Shown: positions 1-13,965, counted from the first letter of the stretch. The stretch: DNA of 64,000 bases from Octopus sinensis (GCF_006345805.1 NC_043005.1:13020001-13084000); one strand, 5' to 3'. Program-made: numbers and translations. The notes: generated by a model from the letters alone, not told the origin.

Positions 1-122
1 GGTTTTCATCGGCCCAGGATATAGTAGAAAAACACTTGCCCAAGGTGCCACGCAGACTTCGGTTGGGAAGCAAACTCTTTTACCACACAGCCGCGCCTGA
101 AGTATGTTTGGTATTATATAGT

Positions 123-334
123 GCGGCAAGCTGGCAGAAGCGTTAGCACGCCGGGCGATGTGCTTAGCCGTATTTCGTCTGTTGCTACGTTCTGAGTTCA
201 AATTCCGTTGAAGTCGACTTTGCCTTTCGTCCTTTCGGGTCAATAAATTAAGTACCAGTTGCGTACTGGGGTAGATCTAATCGACTGGCCCCTTCCCCAA
301 AATTTCGGGCCTTGTGCCTAGAGTAGAAAAGAAT
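123..334 (+). mobile_element. tRNA-derived SINE family A (tail type 2)
   Basis: A-box TGGCAGAAGCGTTAGC, B-box GAGTTCAAATTCC, tail GGCCTTGTGCCTAGAGTAGAAAAGAAT; further degenerate copies at about 335-530 (+), 600-778 (-), 9520-9900 and 10115-10250. Confidence 0.8.
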
Positions 335-779
335 CGTTAGAGGTCGGACAGACAACTTTGCGGCATTTCCTCTGGCTCTTTACGCCCTGAGTTCAAATTC
401 CGCCGAGATCAACGTTGCCCTTCATTCCTTTTAGGGTCAATAAAATATATATCACTTGAGTACTGGGGTGGGTGTTATCGATTCCCTCTTCCCCCTAAAA
501 TTCCTGATCGCGTGCTAAAATATGAAATCATTAAAGGGCAACAACGCTGCTACAATCGCTAGCGAGTCGTCAGACAAAATGTTTAGTGGCGCTTCTACCG
601 GTTTTTTTCCGTTCTCAGCTCAAATGTCATCGAGGTCAATTTTGCCTTTTATCCCTTCGGAGGATAAAAGGCAAAATCAAATACTGGGTCGTTGGGATCG
701 ATTACACACCGCCTTTAAAGTTACTGGCCGCTAAGCATTTCGTCCGGCATGCTAACGTTTCTGCCAGCTCACCGCCTTT

Positions 780-1360
780 ATTCTTTTCTACTCTAGGCAC
801 AAGGCCCGAAATTTTGGGGGAGGTGGCCAGTCAGTTAGATCGACCACAGTATGCAACTGGTACTTAATATATCAATCCCGAATGGCTGAAAGCAAAGTCG
901 ACCTCGGCGGAATTTGAACTCAGAACGTAAAGACAGACGAAATACCCATTTCTTTACAACCCACAAGGGGGTAAACACAGAGAGGACAAACAAGGACAGA
1001 CAAACGGATTAAGTCGATTATATCGACCCCAGTGTGTAACTGGTACTTAATTTATCGACCCCGAAAGGATGAAAGGCAAAGTCGTTCGCGGCGGAATTTG
1101 AACTCAGAACATAATGACAGACGAAATACCTATTTCTTTACTACCCACAAGGGGCTATACACAGAGAGGACAAACAAGGACAGACAAACGGATTAAGTCG
1201 ATTATATCGACCCCAGTGCATAACTGGTACTTAATTAATCGACACCAAAAGGAGGAAAGGCAAAGTTGACCTCGGCAGAATTTGAACTCAGAACGTAGCG
1301 GCAGACGAAATACCGCTAAGCATTTCGCCCTGCGTGCTAACGTTTCTGCCAGCTCGTCGC
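780..1360 (-). mobile_element. SINE A concatemer (one head, three bodies)
   Basis: Junctions at 939-952 and 1123-1136, 184 bp apart; terminal unit has tail type 2. Confidence 0.85.
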
Positions 1361-1749
1361 TTTTATTATTTTCTACTCTAGGCACAAGGCCCGAAATTTT
1401 TGGAGAGGGGGCCAGTCGATTAGATCGACCCCAGCCTTTATTGTGAAACCAATATTGGACAAACTTCAGTAAGAAGACCTCATACATAATATCGATTGCA
1501 ATCGTTTAGAAAATCGATATCGATCTGTGCGGATCTTAGATCCCTACAATACTAACATGCATCATTTTGTGCTGTGTATGGTACACTGTGCAAAAGTTCA
1601 TGTTATATAATTAGAAGTGGTGTAGGCTTAATTTGAACCCACTCTAATTAGAATATAATGCTTGTACGGGGTTTGCTGCTGTAGCAAAACTTCAAGATTT
1701 TATGCTTTGTTGCTGAACTCTCACACGTCATCTTCGGGAGGAAGTCCAT

Positions 1750-2134
1750 CAATATGTGTATGTGCGCGTGCGCGTAGTATGTGTGTGTTCTCGTGTGTGT
1801 GCGCGCATGTATGCGTATGTGCATGAGTGTATGTGTGCGTATGTGCGTATGTGTGTATGTGTGTGTAAGTGTGTGTATGCGTGTATGTGTGTGAATACGT
1901 GCATGTATGTGTGTGTATGCGCGCGTTGTATGTATGTGGGTGTACACGTGTGTGTGTGTGCGCGCTCGTGTGTATACGTATGTGCACGTATACGTGTGTG
2001 TATATGTGAGTGTGTGTGTGTGTGGGTGCGTGTATGCGTGCACGCACATGTTTAATATCTGAATGAAAGTCGGCTATGCATGAATTTACGCGTTCTAAGC
2101 AGAGGTTAATTGCTACGCTTTCAGCATATATATC

Positions 2135-2176
<42 letters not shown>

Positions 2177-2873
2177 TGTGAGTGTATCAGTGTGTGTGTG
2201 TACGCATGGGCCTGAAAAAGTCATGAGTATGACGCCTTCTTGTGTTATTAAGTAAATATATGTGTATCTGTGCGTACGAATACATGCATACACGTACATA
2301 TAAACCTACATGCATACATTCATGCATACATACATACACACACGCATAAATTCATGTGTACATAGATACATACACATATACATACATTCATACATACGTA
2401 CATACACACGTATGCATAAATACATATATACATATATACACTTACATATATACGTACGTACGTACATTCATGCATACATGCATGCATGCAAGAATACATA
2501 CGTACACACACATACATTCATGCATACGTATTTAGATGCATGAATACATATATGCAGACACACACATACATACATTCATACATACATACATACATACATA
2601 CATACATACATACATACATACATACATACATACATACTCACACAGACAGACACTGAAACACATACACACACAAGCACACACAAACATGCACACACACACA
2701 GACACTGACACACACACACGCACACACACACATACATACATACATACATACATTCATACATACATACATTCATACATACATACAGACATACATACATTCA
2801 GTCATACATACATACACATACATACATACATTCATACATACACACACATACATTCATACATACATACATATAC

Positions 2874-2904
<31 letters not shown>

Positions 2905-3150
2905 CATATACACATACATACATACATACATACATACATACATACATACATACATACATACACACACATACATTCAAACATACATACATACATACACACA
3001 TACGTACACAAACATACACACACACATACACACATACATACATACATACATATACACATACATACATTCATGCATGCATACACCCATACACATGCATAAA
3101 TACACATACATACATACATACACAAACATACACACACATACATACACACA
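1750..3150. repeat. (TG)n/(TGTA)n then (CATA)n microsatellite field
   Basis: Direct reading. Confidence 0.9.
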
Positions 3151-3588
3151 TGCATGCACGTCAGCATGACAGCAGTTTGATTTATCTCTCTTTGGTTTTC
3201 CCAATTCCCTTTGATATTTACTCCCAAATCGCATCACTGGATGATGACTTTTACACACTTTGAATTACGCAATGATAATAACCAGACATATGGGGATTAA
3301 GAATGAAAGAAAAACCTATCAGAAACAATTATAAAATCAAATGCACTCGATAATGAAAACCACAGCATGTCACTCATTCGGCATTTGATTCAAGACCGTC
3401 TTTCCAGATACTCCATCTGCGAAATAGATTCATTTGATGGAGATTGATTGATATTGTACAATTAAAATTAAGATAAAGTTACACAGAATACTCCTGTCTG
3501 ATTGCCATTAATTCATTGATGATTTAAAGACCTACTCGAAAAAAAGCGGACATATCTCTGTAGTGACGCTATTTTGGAAAGTTTTCAG

Positions 3589-3652
3589 CGCGCATGCGCA
3601 GAGTTGGTTTACTTCCCATAGGCCACAGGAAGTTCCCTAATGCGCATGCGCA
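3589..3652. promoter_or_regulatory. Candidate promoter: two NRF1-type GCGCATGCGC palindromes flanking ETS-type GGAA cores
   Basis: CGCGCATGCGCA 3589-3600, perfect TGCGCATGCGCA 3641-3652, ACTTCC 3611-3616 and CAGGAAGT 3626-3633, in non-repetitive-looking sequence. Confidence 0.5.
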
Positions 3653-4201
3653 GAGAACTGCCAACAGAAAGTTTTTCCCGCTAGGTTGGTCTTTTTTGAA
3701 GCTGCAGCCCTATCAAGTGGACATGACTCAACCTTCTCTCAAGGAAAGCCCAACACGCAGAGAAGCCCCCCTTCTACGCGGGAACGGAGACAGCATTTTG
3801 ACTCACACAAGTTAACTATTTTGAATAGTTTTATGGACTTGGCTACCGGTTCGCCCTGAAGAAAATGTATGTGTATATATTTTATTTGCGAATCCAGACA
3901 AAATAAAGTGTTATTTATTGCTGTTGAAGATAGTCGAAGTTTTGGTTTTCCTTTCGACACAATTGAATGTAACAGGATAAGATCGACACCCCTCAAGTGT
4001 TCCTCAGACCTTCATCCTGTTACAATTGGTGACCCACCGTTTTCGAACATGCAGCCATTATTATTCTCAGGGGCCTTACGTTCACTCGAACGTTCCACAT
4101 TGGTGACTTAGTGCCAGTTTATTTGAGCAACCGTTCGGATATCATCTTCGCTTCCATTTTATCGCCGTTTTGTCTACGACAAAACGTCTGGTGGGGGCTC
4201 T

Positions 4202-4481
4202 TGTAGCGATATTGATATCCTCACTGTTTGAGAGGCACAATAAGAATGATCTCGTTTGAGATTACAACCATCTTTGGCTAGTTTGACCCTGTTGTGTACA
4301 CTGATCTGATTGGTTGACATCTAGCGCGGTCTGTCTCTCTACTTATTTCGCGCCAGAGTGTAAAGCCAACCAATCAGATCAGTGGGCACAACATGGTCAA
4401 ACTAGCCAAAGATGGTTGTAATCTCAAACGAGATCATTCTTATTGTGTCTCTCAAACCGTGAGGTTATCAATATCGCTACA
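4202..4481. repeat. Fold-back palindrome, 115-bp arms, 50-bp spacer
   Basis: 4202-4316 vs 4367-4481, 6 mismatches, no gaps. Confidence 0.9.
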
Positions 4482-5004
4482 TCTCTCTAAATCATATCAT
4501 TCTGTCATTAAAAAAAAAGGATCTTTAGATAATCTGGTCATTGAGTTCTTGATATACGTGTGCCAGAAAAGTTTGAAGGTAGGTTTACAGTGAAATAGTC
4601 TGAGCCAGCAAGAGTTAGCTGCCTCGCCCATATATACTCCTGGTTGCGTTTTCGCAACGCAAAACCTGCCCTTACTTGTTTGGACATGAACTCGCCGGGA
4701 AGCATCTGACTAAGTATACGAAATGTTCAGTAAGTAGTCGACACCCATAGCCAACAGCTGCATACTGTCCTTCTCTTCCAGATCGTGAAAGCTTACCATA
4801 AATTTTAATCTAAATACTGTGAGATTTTAAGATTTCATTTTTTTATGGCCCTATATGGGTTAAACGCAAATGATATGCTTATGTACACGTATGTATATAA
4901 GCAGGGTGTACTAATTACCCTAATATCTAACCACGAATTGAAACTGTAACTCAGTTGCAAATAACACAACATGCTTTTTTCATTATTTTGTTCCTTTTTT
5001 TTTT

Positions 5005-5330
5005 AGGTTCTGAGTTCAAATTCCGCCGAGTTCGACTTTGCTTTTCATCCTTTCGGGGTTGATGAACTAAGTACCAGTTACCCACTGGGGTCGATGTAAT
5101 CGACTTAATCCGTTTGTCTGTCCTTGTTTGTCCTCTCTGTGTTTAGCCCCTTGTGGGTAGTAAAGAAATAGGTATTGCGTCTGCCGTTACGTTCTAAGTT
5201 CAAATTCCACCGAGGTCGACTTCACCTTTCATCCTTTCGGGGTCGATAAATTAAGCACCAGTTAAACACTTGGGTCGATATAATCAACTAGCCCTTCCCA
5301 CCCCAAATCTGAGGCATTGTGCCTCCAAAA
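5005..5330 (+). mobile_element. SINE A dimer
   Basis: 5'-truncated type-1 body, junction GAAATAGGTATTGC at 5165-5178, then a type-2 body. Confidence 0.8.
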
Positions 5331-5354
5331 TAATTTATTATTATTATATTATTA

Positions 5355-5402
<48 letters not shown>

Positions 5403-5403
<1 letters not shown>

Positions 5404-5560
5404 TTAGTGTCCTTGCACAGCTTCTAACGCTGGAGATGTACTACAGTGTCAGCTGTTCACTACCAGTGAACTAAGGTAACACCCCTTATTCTTCGAGCAC
5501 CACCCAGAGTATTCGAGCAACTTTTTGATACAACACCACTTCCTCGTTCCTCGAATGGAT
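5403..5560 (-). mobile_element. 3' end of an R4/Dong-type LINE with (TAA)n tail
   Basis: Minus frame QKVARILWVVLEE* resembles the ..ARILR.VL* terminus; followed by (TAA)n at 5340-5402. Confidence 0.5.
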
Positions 5561-5969
5561 ATATTTGTCATATAGTAGGCTAATACATAGAAAATCACCT
5601 CTATTCTTTTATTTTCTTTTCTTGGTAGCTGTTTCGGGGCATAACTGTTTAGTGATGTTTTAAACTGAGTGACTAATTTGCTCCTTTTTTATATTCGTTC
5701 GTGGGAAGTCGCTTTGTTTTTGTTTGGTTCGGCGCTGCTTGTGACACGTGTTTTTCTTTTATTTTTTGTATGTGCATGTATGTGTCGTGTGGGCATTTTT
5801 TCATGTTGCTTATAAATATTAGCATGTGCACATGGATTTATGGGCAGTTGCATGTATAGGCAATTATTCAATTTATGTACCTACTGTGTTATTAGAGTGT
5901 TTGGTGGATTTTTCCTGGGTTCTTGGTGCTGGTTTCAACGTCTTGCGTATGTCAAATTAAGATATCGCG

Positions 5970-6379
5970 GGATCTTTTCGGTTTGAACGGCAGTTTTTAA
6001 CATAATTTCTAGGTAACTAAAAAAATTTAAACTTCGTATACTGGTAGAATGTGTTTATAAAACACCTTTTTCTCATGGGTTTATTGAGAAAATTCTATAG
6101 TGTGTAACATTTTTGTTGTTGTTTTTCTTCAATTTTTGCAATTTCAACCAATCAATGGCGTCTATTGAGGTAAAAAGCATTATGTGCCGTATGAATATGT
6201 CCTCGTTTAAGAAACAGATTGAGTTTATTTACATTTGTGAAGTAAAAAAGATACCCTTCCCCCCACCCCTAACCCTAAAACAGATTGAAATGCAATAGAT
6301 CGATACTAGGGTCATAATTATGGGTGACAATTTCATATGACACCGCTAGAAAAAACTGCCGTTCAAACCGAAAAGATCC
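5970..6379 (+). mobile_element. Merlin-like MITE, copy 1
   Basis: 29-bp TIR GGATCTTTTCGGTTTGAACGGCAGTTTTT; 8-bp TSD ATATCGCG (5962-5969, 6380-6387). GG termini with an 8-bp TSD fit Merlin/IS1016. Confidence 0.85.
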
Positions 6380-6934
6380 ATATCGCGCACTGTATTTAGG
6401 GAAAATGCTTCCGATTTTTTAGCTCCTTTGGTTTAACGGAACTTTTCCCACAGTTGTATCACGAAGTTTTCCTTCCATTGCACCGTTGTTGTTGGATGAT
6501 TAAGTTTGCTTTGTGGAGAGAGCTTCTTAATGTATGTCCATGCTGTTATTTAGCCCGGAGCTATTCCTTATTGTTGTTGTTGTTGCTTCGGTGATAGGTG
6601 AGATTAGAGACGACCGAATTGACGTCTATATTTGGAGACGTATTTTATCAACCTTTCAGAAATAAAGAAAACGAAAAACAAAAAGAAAAACAAAAAAAAA
6701 TGGAACAAAATAATGAAAAAAGCATTTTGTGTTATTTGCAACTGAGTTACAGTTTCAATTCGGGGTTACATATTAGAATAATTAGTACACCCCGCTCATA
6801 AACATACGTGTACATAAGCATATCATTTGCGTTTAACCCATATAGGGCCATGAAAAAATGAAGTTTTAAAATTTCACAGTATTTAGATTAAAAGTTATGG
6901 TAAGCTTTCACGATCAGGAAGAGAAAGACAGTAT

Positions 6935-7167
6935 CTGTTTCATTATTACCCACAAGGGGCTAGACATAGAGGGGACAAACAAGGACAGACAAACGGATTA
7001 AGTCGATTACATTAAGTGCGTAACTGGTACTTAATTTATCGACCCTGAAAGGATGAAAGGCCAAGTCGACCTCGGCGGAATTTGAACTCAGAACGTAAAG
7101 GCAGACGAAATACGGCCACGCATTTTGCCCGGAGTGCTAACGGTTCTGCCAGCTCGCCGCCTTTCTC
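6935..7167 (-). mobile_element. Full-length SINE A with 17-bp TSD
   Basis: TSD GAAGAGAAAGACAGTAT at 6918-6934 and 7168-7184. Confidence 0.9.
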
Positions 7168-7694
7168 GAAGAGAAAGACAGTATGATGCAACTGTTAGCT
7201 ACGGGCTAGTGAGATCTGAATTCAGAAAATAAAGGGACATAACTAAAACAATCCTGCTGGCAAGACTTATGAATGGGTTGAAAGTTAATGAATGAATAAA
7301 GCGAAACAAAATGACTCTGTCTGGAGTATAAATAGTGCTGCATTTGAGATGAGATTCTGACTAATGCGATGTGTCAGAAGTGACATCAGGAGAATACATC
7401 AAACTTTACCTGCTTCCAGTGCTAACGCCTTCAAGCATTGCGAAACTATCGTATTACTTCTTCTCACGGCGATGATGATGGTGAAGTGAGTCGGCGAGGT
7501 GCATGCTGGGTACCGCTGCCAGTCATCAACAAGAAAATGTTTGTACTCATGCGCGTATACATATATTCATACATTTATGTTTATACGTAATCGCGCGCGC
7601 ACACACGTGTGCGTGTGTGTGTGTGTGTGTAAGTGTATGTGTATGTATTTACCCATATATCCATAATATAATAGATATACATATATGTGTGTGT

Positions 7695-7739
<45 letters not shown>

Positions 7740-7743
7740 AATG

Positions 7744-7777
<34 letters not shown>

Positions 7778-8256
7778 TATATATTATTGTGTCGTGGGAG
7801 GGTCATACTCTTTTAGCGCCTTATTACTTAACACACGCTCCGGTTCGATTTCCACTCATTTATATATTTTTCAAAAATTTTCGTTGCGTCTTACAACCTT
7901 TTCAGTAGTCGTATATATGTATGTATGTATGTATTATGTATGTATGTTGTATGTATGTATGTATGTATGTATGTATGTATGTATGTATGTGTGTGTGTGT
8001 GTTTGTGTCTGTATTTGTCCCCCCAACATCACTTGACAACCGATGCTGGTGTGTTTATGTCCCCGTAACTTAGCGGTTCAGCAAAAGAGACTGATAGAAT
8101 AAGTACTAGGTTTACAAAATATAAGTCCTGGGGTCGATTTGCTCGACTAAAAGGCGGTGCTCCAGCATGACCACAGTCAAATGACTGAAACAAGTAAAAC
8201 ATTAAAAGAAAAGAAGAAAGTTTATATATATATGTATGTATGTATGTATGTATGCA

Positions 8257-8309
<53 letters not shown>

Positions 8310-9965
8310 ATAATTTTTAGGGAAGATTAATTCCGAGTCCACAGGAATGAGACATTCAAATTAAAGGTACTAAAGCGAACTTCTCTCAATATTTTAATCA
8401 TATATATAAAAGTAGTTTTAGATACAGAACCACTCTCAACTCAATCAACATTGAAAGATATTATACCCGACCGAGCCATAAAATATTAAATGTAATACTT
8501 ACTATACTATTCAGAATCCCATACTTCCCATTTTAAAGACAACACGTGTTTCATGACAGTATGTCGGTATTGCTGCGATATAAGGTCTCTAGTTTCAATA
8601 CTCAGTTACATCGACGTACTCCCAATCTTCAGGTCTGAATTCTATACTTTTATTACTCTATCTACATCCTATATAACTCTATGATACTTGAAATTATTTG
8701 ACTAAAATCGCTTTAATTTTTTATTTCGTATTTTTTATTCGTATTTTTTATTCTTTATCCCCTTTTATTCCCTTAAATTTTTAAGGTCCATTCATTATTA
8801 TTATTTTTATTTTTATTCATTAATTTGTAAAGTAAAATTATATATATATATATATGCTCTTATGTATGCACACATGTCTGTATATATATATATATATATG
8901 CATGTATGTATGTATGTATGTATGTATGTATGTATGTATGTATGTATGTATGTATGTGTGTGTATATACTTATTGTCTATATGTATATACGTATTGTATA
9001 AGCGTATATATGTATATGTGCAAATGCGCGTAAAATTGCGATATCATCCATTTATCAGATGCACGCGTACGTCTGTGTGTGTGCGCGCGTGTGTATGTGC
9101 ATATTCGTCTATGGTATGTACGTGTATGTTCATACTTTCGTACGTACATATATGGAGAGGTATATTCTTTTATTCTTGTATTCTTTTACGTGTTTCAGCC
9201 CTAAGGCTGTGGCCATGCGGAGCACCGCCTATGTGTATAAGTTTCCTAGCTTCAGTCATTGGACTGTGGCCATGCTGGGGCACCGCCTTCAGGAATTTTT
9301 AATCTAATGTATCAGCACCAGTACTTATTATTTTTTTTGTTTTGTTTTAAAGCCTGATACTTGTTTTCTCGGTCACTTCTGCCGAAACGCAGTTACGGGG
9401 ATGTAAACACACCAGCGCCGGTTGTCAGGCAGTAGGGAAGAATAAACACAGACATAGACATAGACTCACACATACAAACACACACGCAGGTAGAATCAAA
9501 TTCCAAATAAACACTTCGCGATATTTCTTCCGGCCCTTTATGTTCTGAGTTCAAATCTCACTGAAACCTATTTGCCTTTTCATTCTTCCCGAGATCGATA
9601 AAATAAATTACCAGTTATGTCCTGGAATCAGTTGTATCGATTTGCCTATCTGTCCTTTCGAAACTGCTTTGCTTGAAGCCATTATTAATACTTTAATTAA
9701 GCAGACAAGGAACTAACAGAATTGTTAGAGTCGGCAAAAATGGTTTATTTCTTGACTGGTTATGTTCTGAGTTCAAATATCACCGAGGTCGAGTTTACCT
9801 TATATTCTTTCGGGGTCAATAAATAAGATACCATTTGAATACTGGGCTCAATGTAATCCACTAGCCCCAGCTCAAAACAAAATTCCAGACTTTGTGCCTA
9901 TAATAATAACAAATAATAATAACGAAATTCTTCTTCTTCTCATCATCATCATCATCATCATCATC

Positions 9966-10001
<36 letters not shown>

Positions 10002-10042
10002 TGTTATTATTGTTATTATTGTTATTATTGTTATTATTATTG

Positions 10043-10108
<66 letters not shown>

Positions 10109-10744
10109 GGCGATGAGTTGGCAGCATCGTTAGCACACAGTTCGTACGTTTTTACATTCTGAATTCAAATTCCGCTGAGGTCAACTTTACCTTTCGGGAA
10201 TCGATAAAAGAAGTACCGGTTTATCACAGGAGTCGATGTAATCGACTTACCTGTCTTATGTTTATTGCCCACACTGGTTGCCTCAGGTATGTGCATAACT
10301 TTGTTTTGGCTTTGTTATTCTTGATGTATTTGTCATGGCATGGTTATACACGTCTGATATAAAATGGTATCACACAAATAGATAGTTAGTTGTGGTCATC
10401 TAAACACAACCTATCGCAGTAATATGTTAATACAGAACGCATTCCGTACTACTCGAACGTACGAACGATACTCAGTATTCACTGTTCAACTACCGACTGT
10501 TACAGCAATACACGTCGAACTAACACCGTCAACAACCGCTCACCCCGCTGACAGTTCACTTAGTTCTTATTTACTGTAATTGGTTCGTCCACTTTCAATC
10601 ACGTAGGGGTGTTCAGGATTCTCCGAATCCCATAACAATACTGAAGGTACGTCACGCAATATGAATGTAATGGCTAGCATCGCTATTTTGTGTACGTTTG
10701 TATATTTGTAAATCTTGGGATTTAGGCTATGAATTTGTCAGCGT

Positions 10745-11330
10745 ATTTTCTTCTACCTTTCCAAAAGCACCTGTTCATACAGCGATACTTTTATTTTCAG
10801 GTCCTACATTAAAATAATCTCCATTTTCATATTTTTATATTTGAATGATTCCTTCATCTCTTTAAAGTATATTTTCTTATCAGTTGGAGGTGATATGTTG
10901 ATCGGGAGACATTTCTGTTTCATGTGATCCTTGACAATAATATCTGGTCGGTTAGCCTTGATCTCTCTGCATAAGCGTATCCCAGAATATAGTTTCGTTA
11001 CCATACTCAAATACCTTGTGTATGTCAACACTATCTCTTACTACTGAGAGAGCTACAGTAAGTAGCAATGCCTCTTCATTTTATCATTTAGCTCTGTCTT
11101 AGGTATTAATCTGATGCATTTTAATATACCTTTCTAATCTTTTCTTTCAAGTATATATGTTGTACGCTGCATATTTTATTAATTCCTAAGTATTTGTTGG
11201 TCTGTCTTTGATCTAAGCCTCTTATTTCACCTTCTTTATCTCGCATGATATTAGTATTTTCCAGTTGTTTATCATTCGTATCATACAATTCGATATCGTC
11301 CATATACAAAGGATAGCATATTGGATAGTT
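10745..11330 (-). mobile_element. Degraded R4/Dong-type non-LTR retrotransposon (RT and REL endonuclease remnants, internally deleted)
   Basis: Fragments LYMDDIELY (RT YxDD), KYLGI, PKTELN and REIKANRPDIIVKDH...KYK (PD-type REL endonuclease). Confidence 0.8.
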
Positions 11331-11349
11331 CTTATCATTATCCTTATAT

Positions 11350-11392
<43 letters not shown>

Positions 11393-11506
11393 ATAGCATT
11401 GTTGTTATTACCATTATTATTAGTATTATTACTAATGTCTTGTGACTTTTCTATTGTTCTTATAGTTGCAATTGTTCTTCGTGTAGTAGAAGCAGTAATA
11501 ATTGTT

Positions 11507-11542
<36 letters not shown>

Positions 11543-11779
11543 GCAGCGAGGGGGGTGAATGTCGGTGGTGGTGGTGTTTCACATACTGCTCGGTTCTAAT
11601 TCCATATTTATTTCAATTATATCAACCTACCTTAGAACCACACAAATGCAATATTAATATATCAGGTGTTTATATCGCGTTTTGCTATTCTAAAGGGAAA
11701 AAATATTCCCACCAGGCATTCACAAAGTTACAAACAAACGTGCATTCGTACAGAGATAATAGGAAAGAAAAGAAAAACA

Positions 11780-12052
11780 TACATACATGATTGCATACAA
11801 ATATGCATACAATGGTGTACATACATACATACATACATACATACATACATACATACATACATACATACATACAAACATACATACATATATACGTACATAT
11901 ATTCATACATATATACATACATACATACTTACGTACATACATACTTACATACATACATATATACATACATACTTACATACATACATACATACATACATAT
12001 ATACATACATACTTACATACATATATACATACATACATATATACATACATAC

Positions 12053-12083
<31 letters not shown>

Positions 12084-12192
12084 CTTACATACATACATAT
12101 ATGCATACATACATATATACATAGATACATACATACATACAAACATACATACGTATATACATACATATATACATACATATATACATACATAC

Positions 12193-12239
<47 letters not shown>

Positions 12240-12324
12240 CATACATACATACATATATACATACATACATACATATATACATACATACATACTTACATAC
12301 TTACATACATACATACATACATAC

Positions 12325-12363
<39 letters not shown>

Positions 12364-12412
12364 CATACATACTTACATACATATATACATACATGCATAC
12401 ATACATACATAC

Positions 12413-12443
<31 letters not shown>

Positions 12444-12510
12444 CAATATACATACATACTACATACATATATACATACATGCATACATCATACATACTTA
12501 CATACATACA

Positions 12511-12545
<35 letters not shown>

Positions 12546-12590
12546 CATACATACTTACATACATATATACATACATGCATACATACATAC

Positions 12591-12641
<51 letters not shown>

Positions 12642-12734
12642 CATACATACTTACATACATATATACATACATGCATACATACATACATACTTACATACAT
12701 ATATACATACATACATATATACATACATACATAC

Positions 12735-12765
<31 letters not shown>

Positions 12766-12790
12766 CATACTTACATACATACATACATCA

Positions 12791-12824
<34 letters not shown>

Positions 12825-12850
12825 CATACATGCATACACATATATATACT
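11780..12850. repeat. About 1-kb (TACA)n array with TATA/CTTA variants
   Basis: Direct reading. Confidence 0.95.
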
Positions 12851-13074
12851 TACATTCTCCACGTGTAAACGCACATGCAAGTCAGATCATATAGATTTTT
12901 CACATGCAATGAATTTCATGCTTGCATCATTTTCATATACAGATATGCATATACATACACACACATATGCATATATATGTATATATATAATATATTAATA
13001 AATAAAACATATGCATATATATATACATATATGTACGTACCTACCTCTACACGTATATATATACACGCCTATAT

Positions 13075-13365
13075 GAGTACAGGACACCAAAAAAACGTCG
13101 AACACAATGAGAAACGAAAACATAGACACACACTCAAGGAACTGGACATTTTTCTTAAACAACAAACAAATAGAGTACAGGACAAATAACACAAAGAAAA
13201 AAAACCCTTCTTCAGTCGCCATGGTTTCATCTACTCTACGTTTCGAAGGTGAGGGCGAGACGTATCTTCGATAGAAACTTTCCTTCCTGCGAAAAGCAAA
13301 TCAAATAAAATTTGAGATCTTTTCGCAGAGGGGTAAAAATGGTAACAAAAACAGGACAGTAACGA
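13075..13365 (-). mobile_element. Dispersed repeat, probably Penelope-derived; second copy at about 23520-23770
   Basis: Both copies share GAGTACAGGACA, CGCAGGAAGG...CCTTCGAAAC and a downstream CTGA(A/T)GA on the minus strand. Confidence 0.45.
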
Positions 13366-13654
13366 CATATATATACATACAGACATACATGTATATGTAT
13401 ATATATGTGTATTGTGTGCATGTGTGCGTGTGTGTGTGCACATATAAGTCAGACATACACATATATAGATAATATATATTACATACATATATTGTGACTG
13501 TATGTATGTATATATGTATGTGAATGAGGCTGTGTGAATTAGTGAATGCTTATACAAACTAAGAAAAGGGACTCGATACGTATTGTCGGGTGTAAAATGT
13601 TTTTGGGGAAACAGATATTGATTGAATCTCTAGACTAAATATATATATATATTA

Positions 13655-13858
13655 CGCTAAGCGAGCAGGCCAACAGAAGAAAGCGTGAGAGAAAGAGTGG
13701 TGAAAGAGTACAGCAGGGATCACGACCCACTGCCGGAGCCTCGTGGAGCTTTTAGGTGTTTTCACTCAATAAACACTCCCAACGCCCGGTCCGGGAATCG
13801 AAACCGCGATCCTACGACCGCGCGTCCGCTGCCCTAACCACTGGTCCATTGCGCCTCC
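13655..13858 (-). mobile_element. SINE D-related element (same head, different 3' part)
   Basis: GGAGGCGCAATGGACCAGTGGTTAGGGCAGCGGAC...TTCGATTCCC head; 3' diverges from the 45133 copy. Confidence 0.7.
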
Positions 13859-13913
13859 ACACACACATACCACACCACACACACACACACACACCACACA
13901 CATAATATATATA

Positions 13914-13965
<52 letters not shown>

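Larger units (their letters stand above)
4744..7205. repeat. Inverted pair of about 260-bp segments
   Basis: 4744-5004 is the reverse complement of 6692-6934 plus 7185-7205; the right arm is interrupted by the 6935 SINE. Confidence 0.8.

Noticed and set aside
3975-4012. Minus-strand CUGAGGA-ACAC...GUGU hammerhead candidate
   Set aside because: GAAA replaced by GAUC; stems I and III unconvincing.
5420-5465. Second G3-C8 hammerhead (minus GUGAACA-GCUG...CAGC)
   Set aside because: Stem II is followed by GUUAGAAG rather than GAAA, no stem I or III; lies in a LINE 3' UTR.
8590-8632. Minus-strand CUGAAGA...GAAA (similar candidates near 41470-41490, 41683 and 50417)
   Set aside because: No consistent stem II, or one half of the core missing; at best decayed relics.
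11787-12998. 403-aa and overlapping long ORFs (also 2536-3099, 42594-43579, 48381-49274)
   Set aside because: Translations of (TACA)n/(TATG)n arrays, which lack stop codons in several frames; no complex sequence.
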